DNA of 64,000 bases, from NCBI GenBank assembly GCA_033722155.1, contig JAWVZN010000002.1, positions 17,503-81,502 of the forward strand, read 5' to 3'. Under the pieces are notes generated by a model. The model made no database searches and was not told the DNA's origin. It saw only the letters and a program-made list of their open reading frames with translations. How positions within the stretch are numbered: the stretch's first letter is position 1; each line of letters begins with the position of its first letter. This document shows, piece after piece, positions 1 to 10,163 of the stretch. The DNA comes from Gemmatimonadota bacterium (lineage in GTDB: Bacteria; Gemmatimonadota; Gemmatimonadetes; JACCXV01; JAHWKZ01). The position numbers were made by a program, and so were the translations under genes.

Positions 1-1462
1 GCCGGAGGAACAGTTCGGTGCCGGGGTCCAGAAGGATGTGGGTGACCCCGTGCTCGCGGAGGAACTCCCAGGTTCTGTCCGGATCGCCATGGAAGGGATA
101 GACGAGGCTGGGACGGCGACTCCAATACCACGCGAAGCTGGGTTTGCGGGCGAGGATCACCGCATCCGGGGCGTTGTCGCCGACCCACTCCGCTGCGAGG
201 AAGTAATCCTGCCATCGAGCGGAGTAGCCGGCGAGATCGCGGCCGTCGAGATAGTCTCGGAGCCGCTTCCACCGATCCGGTGCCTGCAGGGCCGCTCCGG
301 CGAGCAGCACGGCGGCCAGCGCCGCTGCCGCGATCCGGGCGGGCCACACGGTGTCCGCGACCCGGCGGGACAGGTGATCCATCCCCACCAGCGTGTAGAG
401 CCACAGCAGCGGGACCACCGTCAGGAAGAAGCGGTCCCCGATCCAGGGCCACACCGCCAGCAGGGCGAGCGTGATCGCCGCCCAGGCGTCGGCGACGGCG
501 ATCCCGCGGGTCCGAATCGCCCGCACGGCGCCGTAGACGATCAGGCCGGCGCCGACCGGGAGGGCGAGCAGGACGATCGCGTCGGGCGGATCGGCGGGCC
601 AGAAGAGGCGCGGAAGCTCGACGGTGGCGTAATGCCCGACGTTGTGCAGGACCCTGCCGACGAGACCGGCCGCCCCGATCGACGGGCTCTCCGGGTTCTG
701 GGGATTCGAGGCGAGCAGCTGGTCGAGGTACCCGCCCGTCTCCGGAGGGCCCTGGCGCGTCCAGAGGATCCACGGGAGCGTGCCGAGGACGGCGACCGCC
801 GCGGCCGCGCCGGCGCGCTTCCACAGCCCGTGGATCGCGGGCACGATCGCCGCCGCGAGGAGGAGGGCGGCGCCGGGGATCCGGACGTAGAACGCGGCGA
901 CCGCGATCGCACAGGCCCCGATCCATCGCGGGTCGATCTCCCCGCCGGGCTCCTCCCCTCCCTCTTGGTCGCTCGGAGCGTGCCCATCCGCGAAGGCCCA
1001 CAGCGCCACCATCACGATCGCGGTGAACGCCATGTCCGAGAGGACCCAGTGGGTGTAGGCGAGGAACACCGGATAGAGGCCGACCAGCCACACCGCCGCC
1101 GCGGCGGCCCAGCCGGGCACCGCGGGGTCCCTCCGGGCCAGCGCCCACACCGCCCACAGCAGGACTCCCCCCGCCGCGATCGAGCCGAGCTTGAGCGCCA
1201 TCATCGAGCCTCCGGACAACCAGTAGAGGGGCACCAGGAGGAGCGGGAATCCCGGGGGGTACTGCGTCTCGGGAGGGGCGCCGGGATGGACGAGGTCGAC
1301 GTAGCCACGTCCCTCGCCCAGGGCCTTCGTCAGAGCGTAGTAGGCGGCGTTGTCGCCTCCGGTGAAGAGGAAGGGGTCGAAGAGGGCCAGCGCGAGGACG
1401 AGCGAGACGAGGCCGCCCGCGAGCGCCCAGGCGGCGGGAGCGTTGCGCGGCTTCCCGGTCAC
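1..1462 (-). CDS. ArnT/PMT-family (GT39/GT83-like) integral-membrane glycosyltransferase, N-terminal ~487 aa; the 3' end runs off the left edge of the window
   Basis: The codon-aligned antisense of the listed + ORF 38..1621 reads as a multi-TM protein (…FPLLLVPLYWLSGGSMMALKLGS…, …YLDGRDLAGYSARWQDYFLAAEWVGDNAPDAVILARKPSFAWYWSRRPSLVYPFHGDPDRTWEFLREHGVTHILLDPG…) with high GC3. A GTG start at 1460-1462 overlaps the upstream TGA (GTGA). There is no stop inside the window, so it is absent from the ORF track. Confidence 0.6.
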   Translation of the reverse strand, partial: MTGKPRNAPAAWALAGGLVSLVLALALFDPFLFTGGDNAAYYALTKALGEGRGYVDLVHPGAPPETQYPPGFPLLLVPLYWLSGGSMMALKLGSIAAGGVLLWAVWALARRDPAVPGWAAAAAVWLVGLYPVFLAYTHWVLSDMAFTAIVMVALWAFADGHAPSDQEGGEEPGGEIDPRWIGACAIAVAAFYVRIPGAALLLAAAIVPAIHGLWKRAGAAAAVAVLGTLPWILWTRQGPPETGGYLDQLLASNPQNPESPSIGAAGLVGRVLHNVGHYATVELPRLFWPADPPDAIVLLALPVGAGLIVYGAVRAIRTRGIAVADAWAAITLALLAVWPWIGDRFFLTVVPLLWLYTLVGMDHLSRRVADTVWPARIAAAALAAVLLAGAALQAPDRWKRLRDYLDGRDLAGYSARWQDYFLAAEWVGDNAPDAVILARKPSFAWYWSRRPSLVYPFHGDPDRTWEFLREHGVTHILLDPGTELFLR

Positions 1463-2415
1463 GCGCGGGGATCGCCGTCGCCCGGACCGCGCCTCAGGCG
1501 GCGTTCGAGGATCTCCACGCGATCGCGGACGTGGGCGATCGCCTCGCCCAGGAACCCCATGGCGAAGAAGAGGGTGCCGAGGGTGACGAGCAGGACGACC
1601 AGGTACAGCAGCGGACGGTAGCCCTGGTCGAGCACGAAGCGGTAGTACACCGCGACCCCTCCGACCGCGAGTCCGGCCACCCCCATCGCCGTTCCGAGCG
1701 CTCCGAAGAGGATCAGCGGCTTGCGCATGAAGGACACCAGCGTCTTCACCGCCACCAGGTCCAGCGTTCCCACGACGACGCGGCCGAGCCCGGAGTACTT
1801 CGCCTCCCCCCGCCGACGTGGATGGAGGTCGATCGGGATCTCGTCGATCCGGTATCCGCGATCGTGCGCCAGCACGACGAAGAAGCGGTGCCAGTCGTGG
1901 CGGAGCGGGATCTCGTAGAGGAGGTCCCGGCGGAACGCCTTCATCGAGTTGAGGTCGTGCACGGGAACGTCGAACAGGGTGCGGGAGAGGCGGTTGTAGA
2001 TCTTCGAGACGAACCGTTTCTCGTACGGCCCCTGCTTCCAGCCGGTGACCACGTCGTTCCCCTCGGCGAGCTTCTCGAGGAAGCGGGGGATCTCCTCGGG
2101 CGAGTGCTGCAGGTCGGCGTCGTACAGGACGATCCATCCGCGGTCGGTGGCGTCGACGCCGGTCAGCAGCGCCTCGGTCTTGCCGCGGTTCCTCCGGTGC
2201 CGGAGAACCCGCACCGGGGCCGGAAACGAGCCGGCCTCGCTCCTCGCGGCCTCGGCGGTGCCGTCCTCCGAGCCGTCGTCGACGAGGATCACCTCGCCCT
2301 CCAGTCCGTGCTTCCGCCACGTCTGTGCCATGGCGTCGAACAGCGGACCCATGTTCTCCACCTCGTCGTAGGCGGGAATCACGACGGCGAAATCGCTCTC
2401 GATCGGTCGGTCCAT
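1459..2415 (-). CDS. GT2-family polyprenyl-phosphate glycosyltransferase (Dpm1/GtrB/ArnC-like), 318 aa
   Basis: This is the C-terminal part of minus ORF 1459..3741, beginning MDRPIESDFAVVIPAYDEVENMGPL…VILVDDGSEDGT…YDADLQH…, with two C-terminal TM helices. The ATG at 2413-2415 was confirmed in the sequence, and the N-terminal 440 aa of the listed ORF is arginine-rich antisense junk. Confidence 0.85.
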   Translation of the reverse strand: MDRPIESDFAVVIPAYDEVENMGPLFDAMAQTWRKHGLEGEVILVDDGSEDGTAEAARSEAGSFPAPVRVLRHRRNRGKTEALLTGVDATDRGWIVLYDADLQHSPEEIPRFLEKLAEGNDVVTGWKQGPYEKRFVSKIYNRLSRTLFDVPVHDLNSMKAFRRDLLYEIPLRHDWHRFFVVLAHDRGYRIDEIPIDLHPRRRGEAKYSGLGRVVVGTLDLVAVKTLVSFMRKPLILFGALGTAMGVAGLAVGGVAVYYRFVLDQGYRPLLYLVVLLVTLGTLFFAMGFLGEAIAHVRDRVEILERRLRRGPGDGDPRA

Positions 2416-2453
2416 TCCGGGCTCCGAATGTAGCTGTCGCATCGAATCGGGCG

Positions 2454-3569
2454 CTACGAGACCTCGGAGGCGGTCAGGAGAACCTCGCGGGTCTCCGCCG
2501 CGGCGCGCTCCCAGGTGTATCCACGGGCACGCTCGATCGCGCGCTCCTCCATGGCGGCCCGACGGGCCGGCTCCCCGATCGTGGTCTCCATCGCGGCGGC
2601 GATCGCGTCGACGTCCCCGTGGGGCACCAGCAGGCCCGTCTCCCCGTCCACCACCGTGTCCCGCAGGCCGGGGGCGTCGCTCACGATGGCGATCGTCCCC
2701 ACGCGCTGCGCCTCGATCGAGGCGAATCCCCACCCCTCCTTGGGGCTGGTGTAGAGCACCGCCCACGCCCGACGCAGCAAGGTCCACTTCTCCTCCTCCT
2801 CCACCCATCCGGGAAACGCGATCCGGCCGTCCAGGCCCAGCCGGTGGGCCCGCCTCTGCAGCGAGGCCCGGCGGTCCCCGTCCCCGGCCACCACCAGCCG
2901 CGCCTCCGGGTGGCGACCGGCGAGGCGGGCGAAGCCGTCGATCACGAGATCGATCCGCTTGTACCGCTTCAGCCGCCCCAGATAGAGGAAGAGGGGCTCG
3001 TCCGCCTTCGGATGCGCCAGGATCGGCGCCTCGTCGAGCGCGGGCAGGCCGTTGGGGATCACCCGGATCCGCTTCTCGTCGATCCCCCGATCCACGAGGT
3101 CGGCGGCGGTCGACGGCGAGACGGCGACGAACGGGCTGTCCCGGTACACGGCGGGAATCGGGAGCTCGCTCAACCGGAGGTAGGCGCCGAACAGCGGGTT
3201 CGTCTCCGAGAAGATCGTCCGGCCGAAGAGGTGATGCACCAGGGCGACCACCGGCGGCTCGACGAAGAGCGGGGAGAAGAACGGCACCTTGTTCAGATCG
3301 TCGACGACGACGTCGTAGTCGTTCCGGCGCAGGACCCTCCGGTACACCCCGGGCACGACGTAGTTGAACACCGCGCGGTTCCCGCCGCGGCGGATCACGT
3401 TGATCCCCTCGAGACGCTCCTCGTCGGGCGCGCCGTCGTGGCCGACGCACAGGAGGTCCACCCGGTCGCCGGCCGCGGCGATTCGGGAGAACACCTCCCG
3501 GAGGTGGACCTCGGCTCCCCCCGCGTCCGGATGGGTCCAGTCCTGCCAGTTGACCACGAGGATCCGCAC
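2454..3569 (-). CDS. GT4-family glycosyltransferase (GT-B fold), ~371 aa
   Basis: C-terminal part of ORF 2454..4514: VRILVVNWQDWTHPDAGGAEVHLREVF…EGWGFASIEAQRVGTIAIVSDAPGLRDTVVDGETGLLV. The GTG start at 3567-3569 is preceded by a GGGGGGAGGGG SD-like run, and the rest of the listed ORF is junk. Confidence 0.8.
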   Translation of the reverse strand: MRILVVNWQDWTHPDAGGAEVHLREVFSRIAAAGDRVDLLCVGHDGAPDEERLEGINVIRRGGNRAVFNYVVPGVYRRVLRRNDYDVVVDDLNKVPFFSPLFVEPPVVALVHHLFGRTIFSETNPLFGAYLRLSELPIPAVYRDSPFVAVSPSTAADLVDRGIDEKRIRVIPNGLPALDEAPILAHPKADEPLFLYLGRLKRYKRIDLVIDGFARLAGRHPEARLVVAGDGDRRASLQRRAHRLGLDGRIAFPGWVEEEEKWTLLRRAWAVLYTSPKEGWGFASIEAQRVGTIAIVSDAPGLRDTVVDGETGLLVPHGDVDAIAAAMETTIGEPARRAAMEERAIERARGYTWERAAAETREVLLTASEVS

Positions 3570-3574
3570 CGCGG

Positions 3575-4357
3575 CTACCCCTCCCCCCCGTACGGCTCGG
3601 GGTTCCGGGCCACGACCCCGATCGTGTGCGCCACCCAGCGGGAGGCGCGGGGGGCGAGAAGACGCTCGCGGACGGCCCGCCGAAGCCGGCGCACCGGCGC
3701 GATCGACGGGGGGCGCCGGGGCAGGGACGCGCCCGCCGCACCGGCGAGCTCGCGAATCAGGCGGTAGCCGAGGCTCGGGACCATCCAGTCCCCGTAGGTG
3801 TCCACGATCTCCCAGCCCGCCTCGCGGACCGTCCTCTCGAGCTCGGCGATGGTGAACTCCGTCTCCCACCCCGCGAACCACCGGTCGGCCCTCAGGGCCG
3901 CGCGCTTCAGGAGGGTCCAGGGATGGTAGGTCTGGGGCACGTCCGCGAGCAGCAGGCCGCCGGGCGCGGTCACCCGCCGGTTCTCGACGAGGAACGGAAG
4001 CGGGTTGCCGAAGTGCTCGAGGACCCCCTGGTGGAAGACGGCGTCGAAGACGCCGTCGGCGAACGGGAGATGGAAGCCGTCCCCGCCGACGATCCCCCGA
4101 CCGGTCAGGGCGGGTGCGGCGGCGGACACCAGCTCGAGCGCGGCCGGGCTGGAGTCGAGCGCCACCGCCCGATGTCCTCGGGCCGCGAGGGCGGCGGTGT
4201 CGCGTCCGGTGCCGGCGCCGATCTCGAGCACCCGCTTCTCCGGAGCCCCGAGCCAGGCGACCAGCGTCTCGAGGACCCGGGGGCTGGAGGGATACACCTC
4301 GTCGAGCTCCCCCTTCGAGGCCCAGAAGCGGGTCCAGGGATCGGCGGAACGCTCCAC
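3575..4357 (-). CDS. Class I SAM-dependent methyltransferase, 260 aa
   Basis: ORF 3575..4357 carries the Rossmann SAM motif VLEIGAGTGRDTAALAARGHRAVALD and …DAVFHQGVLEHF…. Confidence 0.8.
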   Translation of the reverse strand: MERSADPWTRFWASKGELDEVYPSSPRVLETLVAWLGAPEKRVLEIGAGTGRDTAALAARGHRAVALDSSPAALELVSAAAPALTGRGIVGGDGFHLPFADGVFDAVFHQGVLEHFGNPLPFLVENRRVTAPGGLLLADVPQTYHPWTLLKRAALRADRWFAGWETEFTIAELERTVREAGWEIVDTYGDWMVPSLGYRLIRELAGAAGASLPRRPPSIAPVRRLRRAVRERLLAPRASRWVAHTIGVVARNPEPYGGEG

Positions 4358-4362
4358 GGCCG

Positions 4363-5127
4363 CTACCGTCCGCTCGCCAGCCGCCGCGCCTCGAAATCGG
4401 GCATCCCGCTCTCCCGGATCGCCCGCTGGGCGCCCTCGAGGTCGTACTCGAGGCGGGCGAGCGAAAGGCGGGCGTGGTCGGGATCGAACGCGGCCACCGC
4501 GGCGCGCGGATCACGGTCGCGGGGTTGCCCCACCGCTCCGGGATTGACGAGGTACGGCCCCTCTCCGTCGAGGTCGACCTCCCCGTCGGCGGGAAGGCGC
4601 AGGGTCTCGACCCCCCCGCCGTCCCGCCTCCAACCGGATCGGACGTGGGTGTGGCCGAGAAAGCCCCATCGGGCGCCGCGCTCCGCCAGGGCGTCGAGCT
4701 CCACGCCCGCCGCGCGAGCCCCGGTCACGTACTCGAAGGCGTCGGGGTCGGCGAAGCCGCTGTGGGCGAGCCACACCCCGCTCTCCTCCCCTTCCACGGT
4801 GGCCGGCAGCGAGGCGAGCCACCCCATGGCGTCGTCGTCGAGCAGTTCCGCCTGGCGTTCGATCGCCGCCCGGGCATGGGGGTTGAACCACTCGCGGAGG
4901 GCCGGATCCACGACGGCGGCGTCGTGGTTGCCCCGCACCGTGGCCGCGCACGTTTCGCGGATCCGCTCCACGCACGCCGCCGGATCGCCGCCGTATCCCA
5001 CCACGTCGCCCATGCAGTAGATCGGCTCCGCCCCCCGCTCCTCGAGCCACGCCAGCGCGGCATCGAGCGCCTGGAGGTTGGCGTGGACGTCCGCGAGAAG
5101 GCCTAGCGGCCGGGTTCGAACTCCCAT
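4363..5127 (-). CDS. Metallophosphoesterase (calcineurin-like, YfcE/MJ0936-type), 254 aa
   Basis: Trimmed from ORF 4363..5343 to MGVRTRPLGLLADVHANLQALDAALAWL…CMGDVVGYGGDP…GNHD…GHTH, with the ATG at 5125-5127 confirmed. Confidence 0.75.
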   Translation of the reverse strand: MGVRTRPLGLLADVHANLQALDAALAWLEERGAEPIYCMGDVVGYGGDPAACVERIRETCAATVRGNHDAAVVDPALREWFNPHARAAIERQAELLDDDAMGWLASLPATVEGEESGVWLAHSGFADPDAFEYVTGARAAGVELDALAERGARWGFLGHTHVRSGWRRDGGGVETLRLPADGEVDLDGEGPYLVNPGAVGQPRDRDPRAAVAAFDPDHARLSLARLEYDLEGAQRAIRESGMPDFEARRLASGR

Positions 5128-5135
5128 GCCCCGGC

Positions 5136-5558
5136 TCAGGACGGGATCAGGTCGAGCCGGTGGGCGAGGGCGTCGAGGATCCCGTTGACGAAGCGGGGGG
5201 AGTCGGCGCCCCCGTAGCGCTTCGCGAGCGTGATCGCCTCGTCGATGGACACCTTGAAGGGGACGTCGTCGAAGTGGAGGAACTCGGCGGTGGCGATCCG
5301 CAGCACGTTGCGATCGATAATCGCCATGCGGTGGACCTCCCACCGCTCCGCGCTCTCCTCCAGGAGGGAATCGATCTCGCCGAGCCGGTCGGCGATCACG
5401 CCGATCAGCTCCTCGGCGAACTCGCGCACGTCGGCGTGGATGCTGCGCCGCTCGAAGAACCCCTCGGCCTCCTCGCGGAGCTCCGGCCGTCGGTCGCGCA
5501 TCTCCCAGGCGTACAGGATCTGGAGGACCCAGCGGCGGGCCTTGCTGCGTGCCTTCAC
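5136..5558 (-). CDS. nusB: Transcription antitermination factor NusB
   Basis: 140-aa ORF: MKARSKARRWVLQILYAWEM…; it overlaps ribH by an ATGA junction. Confidence 0.9.
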   Translation of the reverse strand: MKARSKARRWVLQILYAWEMRDRRPELREEAEGFFERRSIHADVREFAEELIGVIADRLGEIDSLLEESAERWEVHRMAIIDRNVLRIATAEFLHFDDVPFKVSIDEAITLAKRYGGADSPRFVNGILDALAHRLDLIPS

Positions 5559-6067
5559 GCGTACCCGAATCCCCGCACCGGGCCGGTGCTGCGCCCGCGG
5601 AGCCGGTCGAAGAGCGCGCTCTGGAGAAGGGCGGCGCGGGCGGCTTCGCCGCCCTTGTCGCCGCGGGCGGGATCCGCCCGTTCGACCGCCTGCTCCAGGG
5701 TGTCGGTGGTGAGCACGCCGAAGGCGAGGGGGACGTCGATCTCGTTGGCGAGCCTCTGCAGCGATCGGGTCACCGCGTGCGCGAGGACGTCGAAGTGGGG
5801 GGTCTCTCCCCGGACCACCGCTCCCAGGGCGACGATCGCGTCGAGGGGGTCGGGACCGGCGGCGAGCACCTCGCGGCAGGCGGGAGAGAGCTCGAAGGCG
5901 CCGGCGACGTGGTGCTCGACGACATCGCCGTCGTCGACCCCGGCCTCCACCAGCGCGGTCCGCGCCCCGGCGGCGAGCTGCGAGGTGACCTCGTCGTTGA
6001 AGCGGGCCACGACGAGCGCCACGCGGCGCCCGGTCCCGTCCACCTCGAGTTCCGGCGCCTCGCCCAT
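5555..6067 (-). CDS. ribH: 6,7-dimethyl-8-ribityllumazine synthase
   Basis: 170-aa ORF: …RRVALVVARFNDEVTSQL…HFDVLAHAVTRSLQRL…. Confidence 0.9.
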   Translation of the reverse strand: MGEAPELEVDGTGRRVALVVARFNDEVTSQLAAGARTALVEAGVDDGDVVEHHVAGAFELSPACREVLAAGPDPLDAIVALGAVVRGETPHFDVLAHAVTRSLQRLANEIDVPLAFGVLTTDTLEQAVERADPARGDKGGEAARAALLQSALFDRLRGRSTGPVRGFGYA

Positions 6068-6074
6068 GGGGCTC

Positions 6075-7312
<1,238 letters not shown>

Positions 7313-7316
<4 letters not shown>

Positions 7317-7903
7317 TCCCGAAACTCCATGAAACGCTTAAGGTAACGCGCGATCACATCATACTCTACGTTAACGCCGTCTCCGGGCGCGCGATCCGAG
7401 AGGTTCGTCGCCTCCCAGGTGTGGGGAACGATGGAGAGCCGGGCTCCCTCCCCGGTGAGATCGAGCACGGTCAGGCTGACGCCGTCGACGGCGATCGAGC
7501 CCTGCGCGGCGACGAGCGGCCGCCCGGAAGCGGGCAACGACAGCTCAATGTACCGGTTCTCCCCCCGCCGTTCAATCGATCGCACGGTGGCCACGGCGTC
7601 GACGTGGCCGAGCACGAAGTGGCCTCCGAGCCGGTCGCCGACGGCGAGGGAACGCTCGAGGTTCACCACCCGGCCAATCTCGTAGTCGCCGATGGCCGTC
7701 CGCTTCACCGTCTCCCGGACCGCCTCGGCGACGAAGGCCCCCTCCTCGACGTCCACCGCGGTGAGACAGCAGCCGTCGACGGCGACAGACTCCCCCACCT
7801 CCAGAGGCTCCTCCCAGGGCGTGGCGACCTCGAGCCGGCGTCCCTTCTCGAGGGCCTCGACCGCGCGGACCGTTCCGGTGGACTCCACGATTCCGGTGAA
7901 CAC
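7313..7903 (-). CDS. ribE: Riboflavin synthase alpha chain
   Basis: 196-aa ORF: MFTGIVESTGTV…VDGCCLTAV…; its stop overlaps the ribBA start (ATGA at 7313-7316). Confidence 0.9.
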
Positions 7904-7929
7904 GGGGTCAGTCTACCACGTCGGGGGCC

Positions 7930-9045
7930 TCACAGCGACGGCGCCGGTCGGCCGGTGACGAGGCCGTCGCGGCCGATCGAGGACCACTCGGGATCCTCCA
8001 GGGCGAATCGCGGGACGGGTCCGGCCGGAGAGAAGACGGGGAGCGCCCCCTCGCCGACGTCGCCGTCCGGGGCGAGAAAGAGGGACCACCGATCGGCGAG
8101 TCCGGCCACCATCAGGCCGGCCGCCAGGGTCGGGCCGGGCTCGACGAGGACCCCGGACACGCCCCGTTCGGCCAGATCCGCCGCCACCGCTCCCAGGTCC
8201 AGGCCCCGCCTCGAGACCTCGGTGGGGACCACCTCGACGCCGCGATCCCGCAGCGCCTCGGCCCGCTCGCCGGAGGCGCGACAGTAGATCACGGTCGGGA
8301 CGCGGTCGGAGGTCTCGGCGATCCGGGAGTCGGCGGGGGTACGGAGGTGGGAGTCGAGGACGACCCGGAGGGGCTGCACCTCCGGCCACGGCGCCTCCGC
8401 AGGGTCGTCCGGCGCCCCGTCGGGAGGCGGCCACTCCCGCACCGTCAGCTCGGGATCGTCGATCATGACGGTGCCGACGCCCACCAGCACCGCCCGGTGG
8501 CGACGCCGCATCCGGTGGACGTGGGCGCGGGCCTCGGGGGAGGTGATCCACCCGGGGCCGCCGACCCCGCGGGTGAGGTGGCCGGAGAGGGTCTGGGCGG
8601 TCTTCAGGTGGAAGAGGGGCCGCCCCGTCCTCTCGAGGTGGAGCCACGCTTCGACGAGCCTCATGGCGGCGGCCTCCTCGACGCCGGCCACGACCTCCAC
8701 GCCGACCTTCCGGAGCCGCTCGGCGCCTCCCCTCCCGGCGTGGGGATCGGGGAGGGCGTAGACGAGGCGGGCGATTCCCGCCTCCGCGAGCGCGTCGGCA
8801 CAGGGAGGAGTGCGACCGTGATGGGCGCACGGCTCCAGGGTGACCACCGCGGTCGCTCCCCGGACGTCGCGTCCCTCCCGGGCGGCGGCCTCGAGCGCCA
8901 CCGCCTCCGCGTGGGGCTCGCCCGCCCGGGCGTGCCACCCCTCCCCGAGCACCTCCCCCTCGCCGTCCACGAGCACGCACCCGACCATCGGGTTGGGAGA
9001 GGTGGCGCCGCCCCCCCGCTCGGCCAGCGCGAGGGCGCGCCGCAT
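7930..9045 (-). CDS. ribD: Bifunctional diaminohydroxyphosphoribosylaminopyrimidine deaminase / 5-amino-6-(5-phosphoribosylamino)uracil reductase
   Basis: Trimmed from ORF 7930..9474 to MRRALALAERGGGATSPNPMVGCVLV…HAEAVAL…TLEPCAHHGRTPPC…; the ATG at 9043-9045 was confirmed and the upstream 143 codons are antisense junk. Confidence 0.85.
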   Translation of the reverse strand: MRRALALAERGGGATSPNPMVGCVLVDGEGEVLGEGWHARAGEPHAEAVALEAAAREGRDVRGATAVVTLEPCAHHGRTPPCADALAEAGIARLVYALPDPHAGRGGAERLRKVGVEVVAGVEEAAAMRLVEAWLHLERTGRPLFHLKTAQTLSGHLTRGVGGPGWITSPEARAHVHRMRRRHRAVLVGVGTVMIDDPELTVREWPPPDGAPDDPAEAPWPEVQPLRVVLDSHLRTPADSRIAETSDRVPTVIYCRASGERAEALRDRGVEVVPTEVSRRGLDLGAVAADLAERGVSGVLVEPGPTLAAGLMVAGLADRWSLFLAPDGDVGEGALPVFSPAGPVPRFALEDPEWSSIGRDGLVTGRPAPSL

Positions 9046-9071
9046 GGGAGCCCGCCACCGAGCGGCGCGGC

Positions 9072-10163
9072 TCACCCGGACACCTTCCACGCGACTCCTT
9101 CGCCCTCGATCACGGACCCGATCCGCGCCACCCGTTCGCCGGTCTCCGCCATCCCCGCGGTGATCCGATCGACCGCGGATGGGGCGACGACGAGACAGAA
9201 GCCGATCCCCATGTTGAACACCCGGACCATCTCCCCGTCGCCGATCCCGCCGGCCTCCGCCAGCCACCGGAAGACGGGCGGCACCTCCCACGCGGAGGGA
9301 TCGATCCGGGCGCCGAGCCCCTCGGGGAGGGCCCGCGGAAGGTTCCCGGAGAAGCCACCGCCGGTGACGTGGGCGGCGGCGCGGAGGTCGGGGTCGTCGA
9401 GCAGGGGCTCGACGGCGTCCCGATAGGAGCGGTGAACCGCGAGCAGGACGTCGGCCCAGGAGGCCTCCCCCCACGGAACGGTCTCCTCCAGGCGCTTCCC
9501 TTCCCGTTCCAGCACGATCTTGCGCGCCAGGGTGTAGCCGTTGGTGTGGAGGCCGCTGGACGGCAGCGCGAGGATCGCGTCACCGGGCTCGGCGCGTCCC
9601 CAACGCTCGAGCCGGCCACGGGGGGCGATCCCGACCGCGAAGCCGGCGAGGTCGTAGCCGTCCGGGGGATACACGCCGGGCATCTCGGCGGTCTCGCCGC
9701 CGAGGAGCGGGATCCGGTTGGCCCGGCAGCCGCGGGCGAAGCCTTCCACCAGCGCGAGGGTCGTCTGCTCGCGGAGCTCGCCGGCCGCGATGTAGTCCAG
9801 GAAGAGCAGCGGGCGCGCTCCCGAGGCGAGGAGGTCGTTCACGCAGTGGTTCACCAGGTCCTCTCCGATGGTGTCGTGGCGGTCGGCGGCCTGCGCCACC
9901 AGCACCTTCGTCCCCACGCCGTCGGTCGTCGCCACCAGGACCGGCTCCGCCTCCGGGAGGGAGCCGATGTCGAAACACCCCCCGAAGCCTCCCGGGCCCC
10001 CGAGGACTTCCGGGCCGAGCGTTTCCTCGACCAGGGCGCCGAGCCTCCGCTTCAGGCGGTCGGCCACGGCGAGATCCACGCCGGCCTCGGCGTAGGCCGG
10101 CGCGTCTCCTCCGTCCGCCGGGCCCCTCCCGGCCGGCCGGGGCTCGCCGGGAGCCTCAGGCAT
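9072..10163 (-). CDS. purM: Phosphoribosylformylglycinamidine cyclo-ligase (AIR synthetase)
   Basis: 363-aa ORF: …VATTDGVGTKVLVA…GGETAEMPGVY…. The N-terminal ~25 aa may be an extension, so the exact start is uncertain. Confidence 0.8.
   Translation of the reverse strand: MPEAPGEPRPAGRGPADGGDAPAYAEAGVDLAVADRLKRRLGALVEETLGPEVLGGPGGFGGCFDIGSLPEAEPVLVATTDGVGTKVLVAQAADRHDTIGEDLVNHCVNDLLASGARPLLFLDYIAAGELREQTTLALVEGFARGCRANRIPLLGGETAEMPGVYPPDGYDLAGFAVGIAPRGRLERWGRAEPGDAILALPSSGLHTNGYTLARKIVLEREGKRLEETVPWGEASWADVLLAVHRSYRDAVEPLLDDPDLRAAAHVTGGGFSGNLPRALPEGLGARIDPSAWEVPPVFRWLAEAGGIGDGEMVRVFNMGIGFCLVVAPSAVDRITAGMAETGERVARIGSVIEGEGVAWKVSG

Noticed and set aside
38-1621. 527-aa plus-strand ORF (the longest in the left end)
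   Set aside because: It is rich in Arg/Gly/Pro/His with no domain signature. It is the exact codon-aligned antisense of a convincing multi-TM GT39-like gene that lacks a stop only because it runs off the window edge.
2325-5106. Long plus-strand ORFs (2325..3767, 3626..5020, 4114..5106) and minus ORFs 4511..5050 and 4725..5063
   Set aside because: They are antisense or alternate frames over well-supported minus-strand genes (GT4, methyltransferase, phosphoesterase). The translations are low-complexity R/P/G/A-rich, as expected from about 70% GC.
7913-9619. Minus ORFs 7913..9058 (381 aa) and 9110..9619, and plus ORFs 8347..9426 and 9369..10196
   Set aside because: They are alternate or antisense frames over ribD and purM with low-complexity translations.
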